From contig NZ_CP011304.1 in assembly GCF_000981785.2 (NCBI RefSeq), forward strand, positions 3,660,001 through 3,692,000: a stretch of 32,000 nucleotides of DNA. Direction: 5' to 3'. The translations under genes and the position numbers were made by a program. Source of the DNA: Microcystis aeruginosa NIES-2549 (GTDB lineage: Bacteria; Cyanobacteriota; Cyanobacteriia; Cyanobacteriales; Microcystaceae). This document shows, one piece after another, positions 1 through 8,314 of this stretch (position 1 is the first letter of the stretch; each line of letters begins with the position of its first letter). Below the pieces are notes generated by a model. It had not been told where the DNA came from. It did not search any database and was given only the letters and a program-made list of their open reading frames with translations.

Positions 1-138
1 GGGGCAGCAATGATCACCCCTCCCCCATTGTCTGGCAAAAAGCGCCCAAAACTTTTCCCAGTTTAGGCAGCGGTTGTGTTTAATAGAGGTGACACTCGTT
101 GCATAATAAAAACAATTTTCCCCTTTTTTGGATGTGAG

Positions 139-816
139 ATGGACTTATCCCTAATACAAGACAAACCCCTAGCAGATGTGTTCCGTCGAATCGGCAGCGG
201 CAATTTCCCCCCGGTGGTGGAATTGTTCGAGCGTGGCAAAACGATCTTTTTCCCTGGAGATCCCGCCGAAAGAGTCTATTTTTTGCTGAAAGGAGCCGTT
301 AAGTTGTCGCGAGTCTATGAAGCGGGAGAGGAAATTACCGTGGCTCTACTGCGGGAAAATAGCGTCTTTGGTGTGCTATCCTTACTCACCGGCCAGCGAT
401 CGGATCGTTTTTATCATGCTGTGGCTTTTACTCCGGTAGAATTACTCTCGGCCCCGATCGATCAGGTAGAAAGATCCCTGCGCAATAATCCCGATTTATC
501 AATGTTGATGTTGCAGGGGTTGTCCTCGCGGATTCTGCAAACGGAAATGATGATCGAAACCTTGGCTCACCGGGATATGGGTTCCCGTTTGGTCAGTTTT
601 TTATTGATTCTCTGTCGTGATTTTGGGGTTCCCACCACCGATGGCATCCGGGTGGATCTAAAATTGTCTCACCAAGCGATCGCAGAGGCGATCGGTTCTA
701 CCCGCGTCACTGTCACCCGTTTATTGGGAGAGCTGCGGGATCAGGAAATGGTCTCAATTCACAAGAAGAAAATTACCGTCCATAATCCCGTCGCTCTCAG
801 TCAACAATTTACCTAA
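139..816 (+). CDS. ntcA: Global nitrogen regulator NtcA (CRP/FNR family)
   Basis: ORF 76-816. It has a cNMP-binding-type N-domain ([28 protein letters not shown]) and a C-terminal HTH ([24 protein letters not shown]), and resembles cyanobacterial NtcA over its full length. I placed the start at ATG 139 ([12 protein letters not shown]...) because the 21 upstream codons look non-conserved and 225 aa fits NtcA. Confidence 0.93.
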   Translation: MDLSLIQDKPLADVFRRIGSGNFPPVVELFERGKTIFFPGDPAERVYFLLKGAVKLSRVYEAGEEITVALLRENSVFGVLSLLTGQRSDRFYHAVAFTPVELLSAPIDQVERSLRNNPDLSMLMLQGLSSRILQTEMMIETLAHRDMGSRLVSFLLILCRDFGVPTTDGIRVDLKLSHQAIAEAIGSTRVTVTRLLGELRDQEMVSIHKKKITVHNPVALSQQFT

Positions 817-823
817 ATTCTGG

Positions 824-2311
824 ATGACTAGCGCTTATATTTTGGTTTTGGCCATCGTGGTTTTAGGTGGTCTGATAGCGGCTGTTGGCGATCGCATAGG
901 GAGCCGTATCGGTAAGAAAAGGATGCGTTTATTTAATCTGCGTCCGAAACAAACCGCAACTTTAATGACGATTGTAACGGGAATTTTGATCGCCGGTTCG
1001 ACTTTAATCGTCTTGTTTGCTTCTAGTAAATCCCTGCGTCAAGGGGTTTTTGAACTGGATCGCCTTTTAAATGAACGTCGTGCCGCTATTAAGGATTTGG
1101 AAAGTCAGGTAAGAAAAACCACCGAACAAAAAAATCAGGTGGAAAAGGCGTTAAAAACGGCTAAAAGTGAACAGATAGCCGTGCAGAAACGTCTAGAGGT
1201 TCTTAACAAAAATTATCAAGCTTCTCGTCAACGTTTGCGATTAGTTTCGGGACAGTTGGAAAAGTTTCGGAAGGAAGTGGCTAATTTAAACAATGAACGA
1301 GTTATTTTAACTAATCAAAAGGCACAGTTAACCAGTCAACGGGATCAATTGTTCCAACAAAAATCAATTCTTTCTGGTCAGATAAATCAACTACAAACCA
1401 CCGTTAAAGTTAGAGATAAAGAGTTAGCTAATCAACAAAAGTTATTAACGGCCAGACAAGCGCGACTTCAACAGTTAGAAACCCAGCAAAAAACCCTACA
1501 GCTAGAAATTGATCGCCGGGATCAACGTATTGGAGAACTCGATAGCTCGATCGTCGATAAAAATTTAGCTTTGGAACAGCGCGAGGGAAAATTAAAAGAT
1601 TTAGAGACCCAAATGGCTTTTCTTAAGCGGGAAGTGGAAGTTTTAGAACAATACTATCAAACCTATCAAGAATTGCGGGAAAAACAAATCGCTATTTTCC
1701 GGGGACAGGTGTTATCTTTTGGAGCTTTTCGTATTGTTGATCCCCAAGCTATTGTCACCGTTATCGATAAGTTATTGCGAGAAGCGAATATAAATGCTAT
1801 CCGTGCCACCCAACCGAATCAGCCTAATTTTGACCAGCGTTTAGTTAAGATCACAAAAGCACAGGTAGAACAGTTAAGTCAACAATTACAGGACGGTAAA
1901 GAATATGTGGTGAGAATTCTTTCAGCAGGTAATTATGTCTTAGGAGAAACCGAGATTCGTGTCTTTGCTGATGTGGTTCCCAATCAAAGAGTTTTTGAGG
2001 AAAAACAGGTCATCGCTGCCGTTTCCATTGATCCCCAAAATATGACAGAAGAAGACCTACAAAAGCGGTTAGATTTACTCTTAGCTTCGGCTCAATTTCG
2101 CGCTAGAAGTGCGGGAGTTTTAGGGTCAATTCAAGTGGAAGATGGTTTATTAACTACGGTAGTTAACTTTATTGGTCAAGTGAAAAAGTCGGGTAATTCT
2201 ATCGAGACACTTGAGGCAATTGCCGCTAGTAAAACTAATACATCTGGACCTTTAACTTTGCGTTTAGTGGCGGTAAAAGATGGTAAAATTATTTTTAGTA
2301 CGTCCCCTTAA
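824..2311 (+). CDS. DUF3084-type membrane-anchored coiled-coil protein
   Basis: It starts 8 nt after the ntcA stop. The N-terminus has hydrophobic helices and a GDRIGSRIGKKRMRLFNLRP signature, followed by ~250 aa of Q/K/E/L-rich heptad coiled coil and a globular C-domain. Confidence 0.7.
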   Translation: MTSAYILVLAIVVLGGLIAAVGDRIGSRIGKKRMRLFNLRPKQTATLMTIVTGILIAGSTLIVLFASSKSLRQGVFELDRLLNERRAAIKDLESQVRKTTEQKNQVEKALKTAKSEQIAVQKRLEVLNKNYQASRQRLRLVSGQLEKFRKEVANLNNERVILTNQKAQLTSQRDQLFQQKSILSGQINQLQTTVKVRDKELANQQKLLTARQARLQQLETQQKTLQLEIDRRDQRIGELDSSIVDKNLALEQREGKLKDLETQMAFLKREVEVLEQYYQTYQELREKQIAIFRGQVLSFGAFRIVDPQAIVTVIDKLLREANINAIRATQPNQPNFDQRLVKITKAQVEQLSQQLQDGKEYVVRILSAGNYVLGETEIRVFADVVPNQRVFEEKQVIAAVSIDPQNMTEEDLQKRLDLLLASAQFRARSAGVLGSIQVEDGLLTTVVNFIGQVKKSGNSIETLEAIAASKTNTSGPLTLRLVAVKDGKIIFSTSP

Positions 2312-2324
2312 AATATAGCTAAAG

Positions 2325-2909
2325 TTAGGAGTTGAGATTAAAATCAACTCCTTCGTAAATATCGGCAAGATTTAAGCTAATTCCTAAAGAATCTAGGGAT
2401 ATAATTCCCCTTGCTGGGGTGTATTCTTGCAGTAACCAATTATTGTCTGATGTTTTGCTATAGGATTCTATTAGTATCTCTCCTTGACTGACGAGAAGAT
2501 ATTGGTTTAATTGGGGTATAGAACGATAATAACGAAATTTATCACCCCGATCATAACTAGAGGTGGAAGGGGATAAAACTTCGATAATTACACAGGGATT
2601 TAAAATTTCATCGTTGCGATTATCACTCAATAATGGTTCCCCAGCAATGATCATTAAATCTGGGTATAACCCGCGATTATATTGGGGTATCCATAGACGT
2701 AGATCGCTAGATTGAAGACGATAATTAGTTCCTCTTAAAGCTAATTTTAGTAGGACAATAAGATTAATGAGAATACTATTATGATTGATGCTTCCCCCCG
2801 TCATCTCGATAATTTCCCCGTCGTGATATTCGTGTTTAGTTTCCGCGCTAGTTTCTAAATTACGATATGCTTCTAAGCTGAGAATTTCGGGAGGAGATGA
2901 AGTCAACAT
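2325..2909 (-). CDS. Uma2 (DUF820) family PD-(D/E)XK endonuclease-like protein
   Basis: 194-aa ORF with YPDLMII, VIIEVLSPST and DRGDKFRYY motifs typical of the Uma2 family, which is abundant in cyanobacteria. Confidence 0.72.
   Translation of the reverse strand: MLTSSPPEILSLEAYRNLETSAETKHEYHDGEIIEMTGGSINHNSILINLIVLLKLALRGTNYRLQSSDLRLWIPQYNRGLYPDLMIIAGEPLLSDNRNDEILNPCVIIEVLSPSTSSYDRGDKFRYYRSIPQLNQYLLVSQGEILIESYSKTSDNNWLLQEYTPARGIISLDSLGISLNLADIYEGVDFNLNS
2328..2351. terminator. 8-bp stem hairpin at the convergent gene junction (ggagttga-N8-tcaactcc)
   Basis: The perfect inverted repeat was read directly. It lies between the stop of the 824-2311 gene and inside the last codons of the convergent Uma2 gene. 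There is no clear U-tract, so terminator function is uncertain. Confidence 0.25.
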
Positions 2910-2955
2910 TTTTCTAGATCAGAGCTTCTTTTATTTAATCATAACACAATTAATG

Positions 2956-4200
2956 CTACCTGTTTAATCCTAATTCCCCCTGGAGAAAATCAATAAATTG
3001 TCTAGCAGTTCTTCCCGATCGCCCATTATGTTGGGTTGCCCATTGTTTGGCACGAAATTCTAGGTCTTCTAGGCTAATTTCTAATTTAGATAAACTGGCT
3101 AAATGACGCACTATTTTCAAATACTTTTCTTGATTAGCCGGTTCAAAAGTTAGGGTTAAACCAAAGCGATCACTAAAGGATAATTTTTCTTGTACTGTGT
3201 CCCAATTATGCACTTCATCACTATCTTTTGGTTGTGGTCGATCGGCAAAAAATTCTCTGACTAAATGTCGGCGATTAGAAGTGGCATAAACTACGACATT
3301 TTTCGGTCTAGCGGTGACACTTCCCTCTAAAACAACTTTTAAAGCTTTAAAAGCTTCATCGTCTTCTTCAAAGGATAAATCATCGACAAAGATAATAAAT
3401 TTTTGCGGTAAATCTCGCAGAATTTCAATAATTAATGGTAGGTCTTTTAATTGGGATTTGGCCACTTCAATTAAGCGCAATCCTTGACTATGGTATTTTT
3501 GCAATAATCCCTTGACTAGAGAGGATTTTCCCGAACCACGGCTGCCATAGAGTAGGACATTTAAAGCGGGATAGCCTGCTAATAAAAACTCAGTGTTTTT
3601 AATCAAGGTTTCCTTGGGCATTTCATAACCGACTATTTCTTGAATCTGCACAGGATCGGGATGAGTAATTCCTTGTAATCGGCCTTCTTGCCACCTTAAA
3701 GCTTGATAACGGGCAAAAATTCCTGTACCGCATTCACGATAATAATCGGCTATATCTTCCACTAATTCCGTCCAATTTAAACCAGAATGTAGGAAACTTT
3801 CTAATTTGTTGTCCACTTCCCAAGCGGGGAAATTTATAAATTTAATTTGTTCAAAAACTGTCGAATTGCTGAGGCTATAAATGCTAGAATTATAGAGAGA
3901 TTGGAGGATAGATAAATCCTGTTTCACGCCATTAATTAAAGATTCGGGTAACTCCCAAACACTTTTTTTCTGTACCTGTTGACTAAAGGGATTATCATCT
4001 AATAATATTTGTTCGACTAGAAAATCATTCCAACTGATATTTTTAGATGCTAAAGCTTGAAACAATTGACCATAAGCTTTGAGAAAATCGGCGATATTAT
4101 CCGTAGATAATAGGGTAATAAATGCCTTGCCAATAGCATTATCAAAAACCCCTTGATACAAAACTAATAAGCTGACTTTTTGGTAAATTTCAGAGATCAT
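2956..4200 (-). CDS. DUF815-type AAA/P-loop ATPase
   Basis: Walker A GSRGSGKSSLVKG and Walker B KFIIFVDDLSFEEDD. The C-terminal part resembles DUF815 ATP-binding proteins. Confidence 0.7.
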   Translation of the reverse strand: MISEIYQKVSLLVLYQGVFDNAIGKAFITLLSTDNIADFLKAYGQLFQALASKNISWNDFLVEQILLDDNPFSQQVQKKSVWELPESLINGVKQDLSILQSLYNSSIYSLSNSTVFEQIKFINFPAWEVDNKLESFLHSGLNWTELVEDIADYYRECGTGIFARYQALRWQEGRLQGITHPDPVQIQEIVGYEMPKETLIKNTEFLLAGYPALNVLLYGSRGSGKSSLVKGLLQKYHSQGLRLIEVAKSQLKDLPLIIEILRDLPQKFIIFVDDLSFEEDDEAFKALKVVLEGSVTARPKNVVVYATSNRRHLVREFFADRPQPKDSDEVHNWDTVQEKLSFSDRFGLTLTFEPANQEKYLKIVRHLASLSKLEISLEDLEFRAKQWATQHNGRSGRTARQFIDFLQGELGLNR

Positions 4201-4317
4201 TTTTTATTCTCCACTCATAACTAACATTTCATGTCCGCCTTTTTACAATTCTAATCCGATTTAATAATTGCCGTCCTGTAGTCGAGGAAATGTCAATCAT
4301 TTATTATTATATCAAGA

Positions 4318-4434
4318 TATAGCGTTTTTCAGTCTGCTGAGGTACAAAAGTTATGGGTTTTAGGCAAAAGGCAAAAGGCAAGAGGCAAAAGGGAAGAAAA
4401 ATAGGTGTACCTCACTAGCTTAGGAAACGCTATA
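4318..4434. repeat. 117-bp palindromic intergenic element with a heptamer core
   Basis: Nested inverted repeats tatagcgttt (4318-4327)/aaacgctata (4425-4434) and tgaggtac (4338-4345)/gtacctca (4407-4414) enclose a (GGCAAAA)x5 array at 4363-4397, in which two units are degenerate. Confidence 0.8.
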
Positions 4435-4578
4435 AGTTAATCTCTGCAAGATTAAGGTTAAAAAAGGTAAAATGCCTAGAGACTAATTCCCAGTATTTCT
4501 TGAATTGATTCTCAGTTATCTTGATGATGAGGTACAAGGTTTTCGTTTTGGGTAGTCGGGAGAAGATGCTCTGTCAGG

Positions 4579-5901
4579 TTATACTTCCTCTTGATGAGAA
4601 ACGTTATATTTGATAAAATTTAACCAATCTTGGATTTCCTGTCCTAACCAGAGACATTCATCCTCGCGGAGATTCTGTCCGATAAGATAATAATTTTTAG
4701 CCGTCCGCAGACGAATCTGATAGTTAGCTTCTGTACCATTGCTATGAAGAAAAATACCCCATAAGTCTTGAGTTTTGAAAGCAAATTTTTGGTAGATAAA
4801 ATTGAAGAGTTTATATTTAATTAAAACTTCTTGAGGGGTAAGAATTAACTGCATCTCCCGCAAAAAAATAAAACCAATCAGAGCTATAATAAAGGTAATA
4901 ATTGGGGAGATAAAGACAGTGATAGTAAGGAAAATCGCCAAAGACCAGAGAGTAGGCGCATCGGAAGGTAGCTTAATTTTTGGGGGTAAATTAATCTCTA
5001 AATTATCCTTATGTTTAGCGATACGGATGGAACTGTGGGGAGGTTTTGGTAATTTCTTAGGATCGACTAAACTTGATACTTGACGATAGTAGGGATGTTG
5101 GAGAAATTTCAGGGCTTCTCTGGCACTTTTAAACCGCTTTTCTACCGCTACATCGGTCATAGTTTCTAACCAATCGATTAAATCATCATCGATTGTCACC
5201 AGTTGGCGAAATTGAATTTTAGAGTCGCGGTGGGGCAGTTCTATCGGCACAATTCCCGTCAATAAATGAATTAAAGTCATGCCTAAGGCATATAAATCAG
5301 AACTGGGAACCGCCCGGCCCCAAAATTGTTCTAGGGGTGCATAACCACTCGTCCCCACCACAGTAAAAGTAACTCCCGTCACTGCACCCCTGGCCTGGAC
5401 TGCGCCAAAATCCACTAAATAAACGTTATTTTCCGAGTTAATAATTAAATTACTAGGTTTAATATCTCGATGTAATACTGGTGGCGATAATTCATGCAAA
5501 TAGATGAGAATTTCGAGAACTTCTTGGGCAATAGTCCGAATTACCATAGGGGTGAAACGTTGCCCCTTTTCTAAGCGATCGCTTAGGGATTCTCCCGCTA
5601 TATAATCTTGTACAAGTACAAACCAAGGAATCCCGTCACCTTGATTTTTATCGAGGGAAAAATAATCGCGATAGCGGGGAATACGAGGATGATGGAGAGA
5701 AGCTAAGACGGCGGCCTCCCGTTCAAATAATTTTAATTCTTCCCACTCCATCTGGGGACTAAAAGCGAGGAGTTTAATAATTACCGATTCTTGGGATAAT
5801 ACATCGATAGCTAACCAAGTTTGACGACCGATAGCGGTATTGCCTAGGCGTTGTTGCAGTTGGTAACGTTCAGCTAAAAGAGAATCAGAAGTAAAGGTCA
5901 T
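4579..5901 (-). CDS. Hanks-type Ser/Thr protein kinase with a C-terminal transmembrane segment and extra domain
   Basis: HRDIKPSNL catalytic loop, DFG, and GTSGYAPLEQ activation/P+1 loop. A hydrophobic segment LWSLAIFLTITVFISPIITFIIALIGFIFL is followed by ~95 aa. Confidence 0.9.
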   Translation of the reverse strand: MTFTSDSLLAERYQLQQRLGNTAIGRQTWLAIDVLSQESVIIKLLAFSPQMEWEELKLFEREAAVLASLHHPRIPRYRDYFSLDKNQGDGIPWFVLVQDYIAGESLSDRLEKGQRFTPMVIRTIAQEVLEILIYLHELSPPVLHRDIKPSNLIINSENNVYLVDFGAVQARGAVTGVTFTVVGTSGYAPLEQFWGRAVPSSDLYALGMTLIHLLTGIVPIELPHRDSKIQFRQLVTIDDDLIDWLETMTDVAVEKRFKSAREALKFLQHPYYRQVSSLVDPKKLPKPPHSSIRIAKHKDNLEINLPPKIKLPSDAPTLWSLAIFLTITVFISPIITFIIALIGFIFLREMQLILTPQEVLIKYKLFNFIYQKFAFKTQDLWGIFLHSNGTEANYQIRLRTAKNYYLIGQNLREDECLWLGQEIQDWLNFIKYNVSHQEEV

Positions 5902-5957
5902 GTTGGCTTTTCCCTTATTTAGACCTGTTTTTTGTCAGGAAAACTGCTGTGGAGGTA

Positions 5958-6851
5958 CTAATTAATATCGATTTGTTTTTTGGCTGTCCAACAAAGGGCG
6001 ATTCCTTTTTCTTTATAGGAAGATTCTCCGACAAAGATAGGATATAATGTAGATTCCCCACGATAGATAATTTCCTGACCATCAAATCCTAGAAAAATCG
6101 GTTGATTGGGTTGAATTGCCTGATAATCTCGTTGGAGAATCTGAGGATGTAACATGGCTTTAATTTCACCCTGTTCATCCCTAGGATAATCGATCGAGCC
6201 TAAACGTTGGTAAACTGTTAGGGATTCGCCGAAAGTATCGAGATGGGCAGCGAGATAATTTTCCTGTTCGATATAGTCTAGGATTTGATAGATGAGTGTT
6301 TCGGTTTGACGAAAAAGATAGGGACAGATGACACCATGGTTAATTGGACCGATTTCTAGGGTAAAAGCTAGGGGACAAATTCCTTTCAGAAAATGATTTT
6401 CTTCCTCGCTGACGGGATGATAAATTAAGCGCACATCAGGATTAATTTTAGTCAGATAGGTAAAGAGTTTTAATAGCCAAGGATGGGGGTTAGAATAAAT
6501 AATCGCCAGCATCATGTTAGATGTGGTGCTGTGAATATCAATTAATAAATCAATGGATTTTTCTTGGATTTCTTTGACTATTTTTTTGGCTCGTTTTTGT
6601 TCGTATTGCTGACAATCGGGATTAACTAAATCTTTTTGGTTAAAACAACGATTTAAATCCGTATCGACATATCTAACCCGTTGCTTTAGGGCTAAGGGAT
6701 TAGCGATGAGACTGTGGGATTGAAAACTGCTGCGGGCTAGGAGATTAGCTGAGTTTTGCAGGTATTTAACCAGATAAGCGGGAGTTAGTTCATTGCCATG
6801 CACACCGGCAATTAAAGCCAGATTTTTAATAGTAGTTTTCTGCTCGATCAT
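5958..6851 (-). CDS. Aspartoacylase / succinylglutamate desuccinylase family zinc hydrolase
   Basis: The motifs GVHGNELTP, DLNRCF and IDIHSTTSNM match the AstE/AspA family zinc and catalytic signature. Confidence 0.8.
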   Translation of the reverse strand: MIEQKTTIKNLALIAGVHGNELTPAYLVKYLQNSANLLARSSFQSHSLIANPLALKQRVRYVDTDLNRCFNQKDLVNPDCQQYEQKRAKKIVKEIQEKSIDLLIDIHSTTSNMMLAIIYSNPHPWLLKLFTYLTKINPDVRLIYHPVSEEENHFLKGICPLAFTLEIGPINHGVICPYLFRQTETLIYQILDYIEQENYLAAHLDTFGESLTVYQRLGSIDYPRDEQGEIKAMLHPQILQRDYQAIQPNQPIFLGFDGQEIIYRGESTLYPIFVGESSYKEKGIALCWTAKKQIDIN

Positions 6852-6906
6852 TTTTTATAAGTTTTGAGAAGTTAAGTGGGTGGGTGGAATTAAATATAAG
6901 ATGAAG

Positions 6907-6971
6907 GTAGGTTGGGTTGAAGCATGAAACCCAACGCCCGATTATGTTACGCTACCGCTAACCCATCCTAC
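6907..6971. repeat. 65-bp palindromic dispersed element
   Basis: It is bounded by gtaggttgggtt (6907-6918) and aacccatcctac (6960-6971), with an internal hairpin gttgggtt-N8-aacccaac (6911-6934). Related end motifs (gtaggatgggtt..gcgtagg / gtaggatatgttagcgtagcg) recur at 24620-24646 and 24823-24849. Confidence 0.75.
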
Positions 6972-7005
6972 AAATAATTGTGCCTCCCTACTTATAATTA
7001 TTTAT

Positions 7006-7142
7006 GGTTTGCGGCAAAAAGTTTGTTGGTGGGGTTAGGAGACAGTTATCAGTTATCAGTTATCAGTTATCAGTTCACTGAGAAAAGTCCCCACACCCCA
7101 CACCCTACACCCTACACCCCACACCCCACCCCTATAACTGAT
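7006..7142. repeat. Composite STRR-type element: 29-nt leader, (CAGTTAT)x4, (CCCCACA/CCCTACA)x6 and one inverted CAGTTAT unit
   Basis: The leader ggtttgcggcaaaaagtttgttggtgggg is at 7006-7034. The CAGTTAT array is at 7043-7077 and the CCCCACA-type array at 7089-7132. The unit ataactgat at 7134-7142 abuts the ccsA stop codon (7143-7145). Confidence 0.9.
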
Positions 7143-8129
7143 TTAGAAAAACCAGCCGTAGGAATGAAGACCTTTACCTAAAAGATTCACCCCTAAATAA
7201 CATACCCAAACCACAACAAAACCACTCGCCGCTAGAATAGCCGGTTTTCTTCCTTGCCATCCCCGGGTAATGCGGGCATGGAGATAAGCGGCAAAAACTA
7301 ACCAAGTAATTAGCGCCCAAGTTTCTTTCGGGTCCCAACTCCAATAGGAACCCCAAGCTTCATTGGCCCAAACCGCCCCGGCGATGATACCGATAGTGAG
7401 AAGGGGAAAACCGAGGCCAATGACCCGATAACTGATATTATCGAGGGTTTCCGCCAAGCTAAGACGTTGGGGCGAAAGAGTTGCCATCGCTGTTAAGGTG
7501 GGAGTTAAAAGGGCGGTTGGTCCACCGTTAGCCGTTTCCAGGAAAATTGGCGCGGAAAGAGTGGTAGATAACTTATTTTGGAGACGATAGGCTCCCGTAC
7601 CCACGGAACTGCCTTTTAACTCGATATTTTGACCTCTCGTGACGATCAGAAAAGCGATCGCCATTAGGGAACCCACCATCAAAGCAGCATAACTTAACAT
7701 CATGACGCTAACGTGCATCATCAGCCAATTCGATTTTAAAGCCGGAACCAAGGGTGCCGAAGTTTGCATTTCTCCGGGTAAAGACAAAGTGGCAAAAGCG
7801 GTAATCCCCATGGCCACAGGAGTCGTCACCACTCCCACCAGGCGACTGCGGCTAGTGTACTCAGCAATTAAATGAACCGCAGTTACACCCCAAGCGAGAA
7901 AGAATAAAGATTCGTAAAGATTGCTAATGGGGAAATAACCCGCTTCTAACCAGCGCGCTCCCAATAAAGCGGCGATACAGAGGTTAGCGATGGCCACGCC
8001 CGTGCTGCCCAGGCCCGGCAACAAAGGTATGCTAGGAAAGGCTGCCCCGGCCCAATAAACCAGCATGGTTAAAAACAGGACTAAAAAAGAAGTGTTATCG
8101 AGAAAGTTCTCTAAGCTAACTAAATTCAT
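7143..8129 (-). CDS. ccsA: Cytochrome c biogenesis protein CcsA (system II heme handling)
   Basis: Polytopic membrane protein with the Trp-rich WWD motif [18 protein letters not shown]. Confidence 0.9.
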   Translation of the reverse strand: MNLVSLENFLDNTSFLVLFLTMLVYWAGAAFPSIPLLPGLGSTGVAIANLCIAALLGARWLEAGYFPISNLYESLFFLAWGVTAVHLIAEYTSRSRLVGVVTTPVAMGITAFATLSLPGEMQTSAPLVPALKSNWLMMHVSVMMLSYAALMVGSLMAIAFLIVTRGQNIELKGSSVGTGAYRLQNKLSTTLSAPIFLETANGGPTALLTPTLTAMATLSPQRLSLAETLDNISYRVIGLGFPLLTIGIIAGAVWANEAWGSYWSWDPKETWALITWLVFAAYLHARITRGWQGRKPAILAASGFVVVWVCYLGVNLLGKGLHSYGWFF

Positions 8130-8208
8130 GGGATTTCTCTCGTTTGTCGCTCGCTCGCTACCAAGTATTCCATCCTCTATCCTATCCCATCGGCAAGGCG
8201 ATCGAGAC

Positions 8209-8314
8209 AGGGAATTGTTAGTATGAACTTTGTATTTTCACCGTGACCTACCCTAAAAATTAGGGAATTGTTGGTATCAACTTTGTATTTTCACCGTGAC
8301 CTACCCCAAAAATT
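8209..8314 (+). repeat. Tandem duplication, 2 x 53 bp, ending exactly at the ftsH start codon
   Basis: Copy 1 (8209-8261) is agggaattgttagtatgaactttgtattttcaccgtgacctaccctaaaaatt. Copy 2 (8262-8314) differs at 3 positions. ATG 8315 follows copy 2 directly. Confidence 0.95.

Noticed and set aside
76-138. A 21-codon N-terminal extension of NtcA from the first in-frame start codon of the ORF (GTG at 76, translated as M in the ORF track)
   Set aside because: The sequence [21 protein letters not shown] has no resemblance to NtcA N-termini. ATG 139 gives the expected ~225-aa protein beginning MDLS.
1-138. A search for an NtcA box (GTA-N8-TAC) and -10 element upstream of ntcA, since the gene is autoregulated
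   Set aside because: I found no convincing GTA-N8-TAC in the 138 nt available. Only gtgacactcgttgc occurs next to cataat, and its spacing is wrong. The promoter may lie upstream of the window.
2325-5901. Reading Uma2 nuclease, DUF815 ATPase and Ser/Thr kinase together as a defence system
   Set aside because: The kinase is separated by a 378-nt repeat-containing spacer. All three belong to families that are common conserved genes in cyanobacteria. The segment carries native-type HIP1/CGATCG sites (3018, 3238, 5575). Nothing in the sequence links them functionally.
6978-7181. 67-aa plus-strand ORF
   Set aside because: Its translation is just the CAGTTAT and CCCCACA heptamer arrays (SYQLSVISYQ...PHTPHPTPYTPHPTP), and it overlaps the ccsA 3' end.
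7174-7356. 60-aa minus-strand ORF inside ccsA
   Set aside because: It is an alternative frame of the well-supported ccsA gene.
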